This document shows positions 57,279 to 64,000 of a stretch of DNA of 64,000 bases, piece after piece (position 1 is the first letter of the stretch; every line of letters begins with the position of its first letter). Source of the stretch: Candidatus Omnitrophota bacterium (GTDB lineage Bacteria; Omnitrophota; Gorgyraeia; 1-14-0-20-64-10); contig JAHFFE010000003.1 in the NCBI GenBank assembly GCA_023248155.1, positions 108-64,107 on the forward strand, in the 5' to 3' direction. The notes under the pieces are model-generated. The model did not search any database. It was not told the origin of the DNA and saw only the letters and a list, made by a program, of their open reading frames with translations. The translations under genes and the position numbers were made by a program.

Positions 57279-58378
57279 TGCCTGACTTGACCTGGCTGAT
57301 GACGGTAATCCGCCTGCTGATTCCGGCGATAATCATTCTGGCGGTTGCTCCGGTGGGAATGATGTACCTGACCTGGCTCGAACGCAAAGTAATTGCCCGC
57401 ATCCAGGGCCGCGTCGGTCCGAATCGTGTCGGCCCCTATGGGTTGCTGCAGCCATTGGCCGATGGCGTTAAAATGCTGACCAAAGAAGATCTCATTCCGC
57501 GCGGCGCCGATGTACTGTGCCATTTTCTGGCGCCTATCCTGATTGTGGTGCCGGCGTTGTTTCTGTTTACTGTGCTGCCGATCGGCCCAACGCTGGTGGC
57601 TGCGCCGTTAACGACCGGGCTGCTTTTCTTCGTCGCGGTCGGATCGGTCGGAACACTGGCGATCTTTGCGGCGGGGTGGGGCTCGCGCAATAAATTCGCG
57701 CTGTTGGGCGCCACGCGTTCGGCCGCTCAACTGGCCGCCTATGAAGTGCCGCTCGTTTTAAGTCTTGCCGTGATTCCGTTGATGACCGGTTCTTTGAATA
57801 TGACCGAGATTGTTCAGGCCCAGCAGGCGAAATGGTTCGTATTCACACCATGGGGACTGACCGGATTCATCCTGATTTTAATTACGGGTCTGGCTGAAGT
57901 GAACCGCACGCCGTTCGATCTTCCCGAGGCCGAGTCGGAAATTATCGGCGGGTTCCATACCGAATACAGCGGCATGAAATTCGCGCTGTTTTATATGGCT
58001 GAATTTTTGGGTACGCTGGCGCTCGGCATGCTGGCCAGTGTTTTATTTTTGGGCGGCTGGCATGGCCCGTTTTTACCGGGGCCGGTCTGGCTGCTGCTCA
58101 AAACCTTTTCTATTATTTTCTTCGCGATCTGGGTGCGCGGCACCTGGCCGCGTTTTCGCGTGGATCATTTGATGGAATTTGCCTGGAAGGTGCTGCTGCC
58201 GCTGGCTCTGTCGAATTTATTGGGTGCGGCTTTTTGCGCGCTGAAGGGCGGGTGGATCGGCAATATTGTGGCGACCGCACTTCCAATAAGTGTTTTTCTG
58301 CTGACCACGCAGTTATGGCTGAAGCCGAGGCCCCGTCCGACGACCGCGTGGATTGAGACGAATTCTCAGAGTAATTGA
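57275..58378 (+). CDS. nuoH: NADH-quinone oxidoreductase subunit H (second copy)
   Basis: Start at MMPDLTW (ATGA overlap). Motifs ERKVIARIQGRVGPNRVGPYGLLQPLADG and PFDLPEAESEIIGGFHTEYSGMKF. Confidence 0.85.
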   Translation: MMPDLTWLMTVIRLLIPAIIILAVAPVGMMYLTWLERKVIARIQGRVGPNRVGPYGLLQPLADGVKMLTKEDLIPRGADVLCHFLAPILIVVPALFLFTVLPIGPTLVAAPLTTGLLFFVAVGSVGTLAIFAAGWGSRNKFALLGATRSAAQLAAYEVPLVLSLAVIPLMTGSLNMTEIVQAQQAKWFVFTPWGLTGFILILITGLAEVNRTPFDLPEAESEIIGGFHTEYSGMKFALFYMAEFLGTLALGMLASVLFLGGWHGPFLPGPVWLLLKTFSIIFFAIWVRGTWPRFRVDHLMEFAWKVLLPLALSNLLGAAFCALKGGWIGNIVATALPISVFLLTTQLWLKPRPRPTTAWIETNSQSN

Positions 58379-58430
58379 CAATCCGGCGCAATTTTAGGAT
58401 AGTAGTACAAATACGAGGAGGAATTAGAGA

Positions 58431-58742
58431 ATGGCTTATGTGATCGCGGCCAAATGTTTGGGAGAACAGTACGCGCAGTGCGTCGAAGTTTGTCCCGTTG
58501 ACTGCATCTATCCGGGTGATTACAAGGGCGAGACCTTCATGGTCATCGATCCCGAGATTTGCATCACCTGCGGCGCCTGCTTGCCGGTCTGCCCGGTCGG
58601 TGCCATCGTTGAAAGCGAAGATTTTGATCCGGAATACGCGAAGGTCAACAAGGATCTGTCTCCTGAGTATAAGGGTCACGCCAAAGTGACTCCCCGCCCG
58701 AGCAACGATCCTCCTCGGAAGCCGGGCAACAAGCTCGTTTAA
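58431..58742 (+). CDS. 4Fe-4S ferredoxin
   Basis: 103 aa (CVEVCPVDCIY ... CITCGACLPVCPVGAI). A strong GAGGAGG RBS lies upstream. Confidence 0.8.
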   Translation: MAYVIAAKCLGEQYAQCVEVCPVDCIYPGDYKGETFMVIDPEICITCGACLPVCPVGAIVESEDFDPEYAKVNKDLSPEYKGHAKVTPRPSNDPPRKPGNKLV

Positions 58743-60314
58743 TTGATCCCGGAGGCCGTTAAAGCTGTTATCGGGAACCCCTTTTTGGCGCGCGAACGAA
58801 TCGCGTTGGCCGCCAGTGAGGGGTTTTCTGTTTTAAACGAAGAAGATCTCTTTTTACTGCAGTGGTACGGCCTCTTTCCGCAGAAAGACGAACCCGATCT
58901 CTGGGTGTTCCGTTTCATGCCTCCGATGGGCCAGCTGGCATCGTCCCAGTTGAAATGGTTTTCGAAGAAACTTCCATCCACGGCATTCCTTAATTTAACA
59001 GCGCGCCAGTCGGTTCAGGTTGAGGGGATCGCTTCAAAAGATTTGGAGGACTGGTTGTCGGAATCGGAAGCGGCCGGTTTGTTCGCGCGAGGCGCCGGCG
59101 GCGACACGGTTCGTAATATCGTGACCTGTCCGGTGGCCGGTCTCGATGGACGGGAATTGTTCGATGTGTCCGGCCTCGTTCGCGATCTGTCCGTGCGATT
59201 CCACCGCAATCCCGACTTCGTTAATCTTCCCCGGAAATTAAAAGTCTCCATCGCCGCTTGTCCGGAGCAATGCCAGCAGCCCGAAATTCATTGCGTCAGT
59301 TTTGTCGGCGCGCTGCGCGAACAGGATGGTGAGAAACTGCCGGGTTTCGATCTTTGGGTCGGCGGCGGCTTAAGCGGTTCCGTCGCGTTTGCCCAACGAT
59401 TGGGCGGCTGGCTTCCGGCCGATCAGGCGGTTCCGGTACTGGAAGCGATTGCCGGAATCTATCGTAATTCCGCTGATTGCCGCACGAACCGCGACCGCGC
59501 GCGCCTTCGCCATTTAATCGCCGATTGGGGAATAGAGCGGTTTAAAACGACATTGCAGGAGAGGCTCTCATTTCCGTTGGAAGATGTGCCGGTGCCGGTT
59601 GATCCGCTCGAATCGGTCCGTGATCATTTGGGTGTTCGGGAAGAGAAAGAATCCGGATTTTTTTATGCCTCTGTTTTTGTGCCGTCGGGCCGCTTAACGG
59701 TTCCGCAGTTAAAAAAACTGGCTGATATCGTTGATCGTTACGGTGACGGCACCGCACGTGTCACTCCGCGCAAAAATCTGATTATTCCGCATCTGCTGCA
59801 GGAACGGGTCGCGCAGGTTCTGGAAGGACTTGATTCCGTCGGATTAAAAACGCAGGCCTCTTCGCTGTTGCGCGGAATGAATGCGTGTCCCGGCGCCGAT
59901 TCCTGTACGCGCGCGCAGGTCCATACACGCGGCCGCCTGGAAGAATGGTCTTTGTATTTGAAACAGCAGGTTTTATTGAGCGAACCGGTATCGATCCATT
60001 TTTCCGGATGCCAGGCGCAGTGCGCGCAGGATGCCGTTGCCGGCATCGGCATTCAGGGCCGGTCCTCGTTGGTCGACGGAAAACCGGTTGAACTGTTTGA
60101 TTTATTCGCGGGCGGACAATTAGGCGCCCGCCGCCGCTCGGCCGAACCGGTCGCGCATGATCTTCCATCCGATCAGGTTCCTTTGGCGATTGAACGGTTG
60201 TTGATGCTCTATAAAAAAAAGCGCCAGCCGGGCGAATCGTTTTCCGATTATTGCGCCCGCGTGGGCGTGCCGTTGTTAAAAGAAGCGGCGGTTCCTCCGG
60301 TGGCGGCCGAATAA
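58743..60314 (+). CDS. sulfite/nitrite reductase-family hemoprotein (siroheme + 4Fe-4S)
   Basis: 523 aa with two reductase-like halves. The second half carries the C-x5-C ... C-x3-C siroheme/Fe-S motif (NACPGADSC ... GCQAQC). The first half has TCPVAG ... ACPEQC. TTG start right after the ferredoxin stop. Confidence 0.65.
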   Translation: MIPEAVKAVIGNPFLARERIALAASEGFSVLNEEDLFLLQWYGLFPQKDEPDLWVFRFMPPMGQLASSQLKWFSKKLPSTAFLNLTARQSVQVEGIASKDLEDWLSESEAAGLFARGAGGDTVRNIVTCPVAGLDGRELFDVSGLVRDLSVRFHRNPDFVNLPRKLKVSIAACPEQCQQPEIHCVSFVGALREQDGEKLPGFDLWVGGGLSGSVAFAQRLGGWLPADQAVPVLEAIAGIYRNSADCRTNRDRARLRHLIADWGIERFKTTLQERLSFPLEDVPVPVDPLESVRDHLGVREEKESGFFYASVFVPSGRLTVPQLKKLADIVDRYGDGTARVTPRKNLIIPHLLQERVAQVLEGLDSVGLKTQASSLLRGMNACPGADSCTRAQVHTRGRLEEWSLYLKQQVLLSEPVSIHFSGCQAQCAQDAVAGIGIQGRSSLVDGKPVELFDLFAGGQLGARRRSAEPVAHDLPSDQVPLAIERLLMLYKKKRQPGESFSDYCARVGVPLLKEAAVPPVAAE

Positions 60315-60315
60315 A

Positions 60316-61425
60316 ATGAAAGCGGTGGTAATCGGCGGCGGATTGATCGGATTGGCGGTGGGGGAAGAGCTGGTTCGGCGCGGCGTCGAAGTGGATTTAA
60401 TTGAACGCGGAGAATTCCTGGGCCAGGAATCATCGTCGGCGGCGGCCGGTATTTTAACTCCACAGGGTGAGGCCGAGAAGCCGGGCGCCTTCTTTGAACT
60501 GGCAAAAACATCGTACGGATTATTTCCCGAGTTGATGGCGCGCTTAAAAGCATTGACGCCGCTCGATACAGGTTACGCAGTCCCCGGACTTCTGGCCGTT
60601 GCTTTTTCCGAGGAAGAAGCAGCTATTTGGAACCAAAAAGCGGAATGGCAGAAAGCGCAGGGAATTGCATGTGAGTCGTTGACTGAGCAGAAAGTTCGCG
60701 CGCTCGAGCCGCGGCTGGGCAAATCCATTTCCGGTATTTTATGGCCGCAGGCGGCTGTGGTCGATCCGGCGGCGCTCGTGCAAGGCTGCGCGAAATTATT
60801 TGAAGCGCAAGGCGGGCGGATTCATTGCTCCACGGTAGTCACCGGCGTGTTGGCGCAGGCGCGGCAGGTGTACGGCGTCTCCACCTCGCACGGCCGCTTT
60901 GAAGGCGATGCCATCATCAACTGCGCAGGCGCCTGGGCCGGGTTCGAACGGCATTTCCCGATTTCGGTTCCGTGCAAACCGGCGCGCGGCCAGCTTCTGC
61001 AGTACGAGACCGATTCGCCCTGGATTTCGCGCATCATCTATTCATCCAACGGGTATCTGGTTCCGCGGTCGGCCCATCGCCTGATTGCCGGAAGTACGGT
61101 AGAATATGTAGGGTTTGACAAGCAGGTGACGGAGTCTTCCACGCAGTCCATTCACGAGCGGGCGGTCCGTTTGGTTCCGGATATTGCCCATCTTTCAATG
61201 GAAGCGGCGTGGGCAGGATTGCGGCCCGATACTCCGGATCATCTGCCGATTTTGGGTGAAACCGATTGGCAGGGACTCTGGATGGCGACCGGGCATTTTC
61301 GCAGCGGGATATTGCTGGCTCCCGTGACGGCCCGTTTAATCGGCGACGCGCTTCTGCGTGGAAAGACCGAAGTGGACCTGTCGGAATTTCGCCTGAGCAG
61401 GTTTAATAATATAAAAAAGGAGTGA
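60316..61425 (+). CDS. FAD-dependent oxidoreductase (glycine oxidase ThiO / D-amino-acid oxidase family)
   Basis: MKAVVIGGGLIGLAVGEELVRRGVEVDLIER ... and a C-terminal GHFRSGILLAPVTARL-type motif. Confidence 0.7.
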   Translation: MKAVVIGGGLIGLAVGEELVRRGVEVDLIERGEFLGQESSSAAAGILTPQGEAEKPGAFFELAKTSYGLFPELMARLKALTPLDTGYAVPGLLAVAFSEEEAAIWNQKAEWQKAQGIACESLTEQKVRALEPRLGKSISGILWPQAAVVDPAALVQGCAKLFEAQGGRIHCSTVVTGVLAQARQVYGVSTSHGRFEGDAIINCAGAWAGFERHFPISVPCKPARGQLLQYETDSPWISRIIYSSNGYLVPRSAHRLIAGSTVEYVGFDKQVTESSTQSIHERAVRLVPDIAHLSMEAAWAGLRPDTPDHLPILGETDWQGLWMATGHFRSGILLAPVTARLIGDALLRGKTEVDLSEFRLSRFNNIKKE

Positions 61426-61994
61426 TTGAGATGATTCGCGTAGGAGATACCTTGCCGGAACTGGAGTTGGATGCTTTTGTTAATGACGAAATCAAGAAAA
61501 TCAAACTGTCGGATCTAAAGGGGAAGTGGGCCGTTTTTCTGACCTATCCGGCCGATTTCACCTTTGTTTGTCCGACGGAACTTGAAGAAGCCGCTGATTT
61601 GTATGAAGCCTTCAAGAAGGAAGGCGCCGAATTGTTAAGCGTCAGCACCGATACGGCCTATGTTCACAAAGCCTGGCACGATGTCTCGCCGGCGATCAAG
61701 AAGGTCAAGTATCCAATGCTGGCCGATCCATCGGGCCGGTTATGCCGCTTGTTCGGAACTTACCGCGAAGAGAACGGTCTCTCAATTCGCGGCACATTCA
61801 TCGTTGATCCGGACGGCGTTTTGAAGGCCGCCGAGTATCATGACAACAGCTTTGGCCGCAGCACGCCGGAGACTCTGCGCAAGGTTCAGGCCGCCAAATT
61901 TGTGCGCGAGCACAAGGGCGAGGTTTGTCCTGCGAAGTGGACGCCGGGCGGGAAGACGCTCAAGCCGGGTATTGATCTGATCGGCAAGATTTAA
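61422..61994 (+). CDS. 2-Cys peroxiredoxin (AhpC-like)
   Basis: PADFTFVCPTEL peroxidatic-Cys motif plus a resolving Cys near the C-terminus (EVCPAKW). Confidence 0.82.
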   Translation: MIEMIRVGDTLPELELDAFVNDEIKKIKLSDLKGKWAVFLTYPADFTFVCPTELEEAADLYEAFKKEGAELLSVSTDTAYVHKAWHDVSPAIKKVKYPMLADPSGRLCRLFGTYREENGLSIRGTFIVDPDGVLKAAEYHDNSFGRSTPETLRKVQAAKFVREHKGEVCPAKWTPGGKTLKPGIDLIGKI

Positions 61995-62020
61995 GCGTTA
62001 AATTGTTGTAAAATAATAAG

Positions 62021-62043
62021 AATAAGCCGGTTACGGCTTATTT
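62021..62043. terminator. candidate bidirectional stem-loop terminator (9-bp stem aataagccg/cggcttatt, loop GTTA)
   Basis: Lies between the convergent prx (+) and lplA-like (-) genes and overlaps the lplA-like stop codon. A T-rich run lies on the minus-strand side. Confidence 0.4.
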
Positions 62044-62741
62044 GCGCGGGTTTGAGCCAGGCGCGTAATCTCTTCATCCGGAGGGATGATGCCTGGCTCA
62101 ACTGCGTTCCAGCAGGCCGCGATTGCCGATTGAATTTGAGCGGATGAAAGCGGCAGGTTGATCAGAAATTCAGGATGCGGCCGGCTTTTGCGGTATTCCG
62201 GTTGTTTGGGCGGCAGACGCAGATACCGCTCGATCGCTGCCAGATCGAAGCCGTAAAGAAAAGTGCCGTGCATCAGAACAACGTTTTTGAGCCGGCGCTG
62301 GGCGTTGCCCGAAAATTTTTTACCATCGAGTGTTAAATCACTCAGGCCGTCAATCTGAATGCGGCTTCCGGTCAACAGAGGGGCCAGGGCTTGTTGATGA
62401 TTCTTGAGCACCCACTGGTTGGTGCGGGTGATGCCGTCAAGTTCTTTGGAAACAGAAGTAGGAATGATCAGCGAATAGTTGAGGCATCCGGGACCCTGAA
62501 GCACGGTCCCTCCGCCGCTGCGGCGCCGAACCACCGGGATTTTATCGTCGGAACAACGGTCGAGGAACAGTTCGCGCGCGGCATCGTTGGAAAGGCCCAG
62601 TACGGCAAACGGAACGGGTGATTCCCATAACCGTAAAATGCCGGAGCCGGGAAGCAGGCCGCGTGAACAGCGGTCAAGCAGCCATTCGTCGCAGGCAAGA
62701 TTTTCGTCAGGTGCAGCGTAACCGATTCGCAACAATCGCAT
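62031..62741 (-). CDS. lipoate-protein ligase / octanoyltransferase family protein (BPL/LPL catalytic domain)
   Basis: Start at MRLLRIGYAAPDENLA. Motifs VVRRRSGGGTVLQGPGCLNYSLII and KKFSGNAQRR. Confidence 0.7.
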   Translation of the reverse strand: MRLLRIGYAAPDENLACDEWLLDRCSRGLLPGSGILRLWESPVPFAVLGLSNDAARELFLDRCSDDKIPVVRRRSGGGTVLQGPGCLNYSLIIPTSVSKELDGITRTNQWVLKNHQQALAPLLTGSRIQIDGLSDLTLDGKKFSGNAQRRLKNVVLMHGTFLYGFDLAAIERYLRLPPKQPEYRKSRPHPEFLINLPLSSAQIQSAIAACWNAVEPGIIPPDEEITRLAQTRANKP

Positions 62742-62753
62742 GGTTTTATTATA

Positions 62754-64000
62754 GATGACACGAAATACGCCGTATATCAATACCATTCCTGCAGAGCAGG
62801 AGCCCCCGTATCCGGGCGATCGCGAGATCGAGCGGAAGATCAAGAGCTATATCCGCTGGAACGCCATGGCGATGGTGGTTAAAGCCAACCGCACCCACAG
62901 CGACCTGGGCGGGCATATCTCCACGTATGCGTCATGCGCCACGCTCTACGAAGTCGGGTTCAATCATTTCTTTCACGGCGGCGAGGGCGGCCGGCCGGCC
63001 GATATGGTTTTCTTTCAGGGGCACGCTTCTCCCGGTAATTACGCGCGCGCTTATCTCGAGCGGCGTCTCGAAAACACTCAGCTTCATAATTTCCGCCAGG
63101 AATTAGCCGAAGGCGGCGGGCTTTCATCCTATCCTCATCCGTTCTTGATGCCGAATTTTTGGCAGTTCCCGACCGTCTCGATGGGTCTGGGTCCGATCGT
63201 CTCCATTTATCAGGCTCGCTTTAATCGCTATCTGAAAGCCCGCGGTTTCCTGAAAGAGGAAGAACCGAAAGTCTGGTGTTACATTGGCGACGGTGAAATT
63301 GACGAGCCGGAATCGCTGGGCGCTTTAACATTGCCGGCACGTGAACAACTCGATAATTTAATCTGGGTCGTCAACTGCAACCTGCAGCGTCTCGACGGTC
63401 CGGTCCGCGGCAACAGTAAAATTATTCAGGAACTCGAAGGGTTGTTCCTCGGCGCCGGCTGGAATGTGATCAAGGTCGTCTGGGGTTCCGGCTGGGACGC
63501 GCTGTTGAAGGCCGACAAGAGCGGACTGCTGATCAAGCGGATGCAGGAAGCGGTCGACGGCGATTATCAGAAATATTCAGTCGAGCCGGGCAGCTACGCA
63601 CGCACCCATTTCTTCGGAAAATATCCGGAACTGTCCGAGCTGGTGATGCAGATGACCGATGATCAGATCCATAAACTGATGCGCGGCGGACATGATCCGA
63701 TGAAAGTCTATGCCGCTTACAAAGCCGCCGTTGAATTCAAAGGCGCACCCACCGTAATCCTGGCCAAGACCGTGAAGGGGTACGGCCTCGGTGAAGCGGG
63801 TGAAGGCCGCAACATCACGCACCAGCAGAAAAAGCTGAACGAAAAAGAATTACGCGAATTCCGCACGCGGTTTAATATTCCTTTGAGCGACGAAGAAGTG
63901 GTCGACGCGCCGTTTTACCGCCCGGCCCGCGACAGCGCCGAGAACAAATATTTGATTGATCAGCGCAAAAAACTGGGCGGTTTCTTGCCGGCCCGAAATC
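62754..64000 (+). CDS. aceE: pyruvate dehydrogenase E1 component, homodimeric type (5' partial; runs off the window)
   Basis: Manual translation from the ATG at 62754 gives [46 protein letters not shown] ... [22 protein letters not shown] ... [10 protein letters not shown], a typical AceE N-terminus. Confidence 0.8.

Noticed and set aside
53843-58378. Second nuo-like cluster as an energy-converting [NiFe] hydrogenase (Ech/Mbh-type)
   Set aside because: The large-subunit homolog has the NuoD-type N-terminus ([10 protein letters not shown]) and ends GETDR. It lacks both the N-terminal RxCGxC and C-terminal DPCxxC nickel-ligand motifs, so it is a true NuoD, not a hydrogenase subunit.

Overview
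This is a chromosomal window from a moderately high-GC bacterium, dominated by respiratory and redox genes, with about 66 supported features. From left to right it contains: folA-thyA (minus strand); a ~1050-aa membrane-anchored WD40 protein; a nuoA-B-C-D-[E-F fused]-G-H-I operon (plus strand); a ~2.5-kb AT-richer island with three hypothetical proteins (a Zn-ribbon membrane protein, a small 3-TM protein, a DUF167 protein) and a toxin-first HigB/HigA-like toxin-antitoxin pair; a convergently oriented nuoJ-K-L-M-N operon (minus strand), which carries a ~290-bp AT-rich element with 19-bp perfect terminal inverted repeats and a 6-bp target-site duplication inserted exactly at the nuoK/nuoL junction, encoding a small GIY-YIG nuclease-domain protein; a secreted GNAT-domain protein; split transketolase; folB/queD/queC; sdhCDAB plus a 46-aa Zn-ribbon ORF; a 2151-aa secreted giant protein and a convergent acidic secreted protein; a divergent intergenic region with a duplicated ~65-bp hairpin-containing motif; a 2Fe-2S-ferredoxin/HAD fusion; housekeeping genes (mqnD-like, nudix, suhB, trxB, SDRs, glpK-glpD, nth, apbC); a second, partial complex-I cluster with a triple-fused nuoBCD gene followed by nuoI-nuoA-nuoH, a 4Fe-4S ferredoxin and a siroheme sulfite/nitrite-reductase-like gene, flanked by peroxiredoxins; and finally lplA-like and the 5' part of aceE. 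No rRNA, tRNA or CRISPR was recognised. The main candidates for novelty are the TIR/TSD-bounded GIY-YIG mini-element inside the nuo operon, the N-module-less nuoBCD-I-A-H/ferredoxin/sulfite-reductase cluster, the hypothetical-protein island between the two convergent nuo half-operons, and the duplicated structured intergenic motif.
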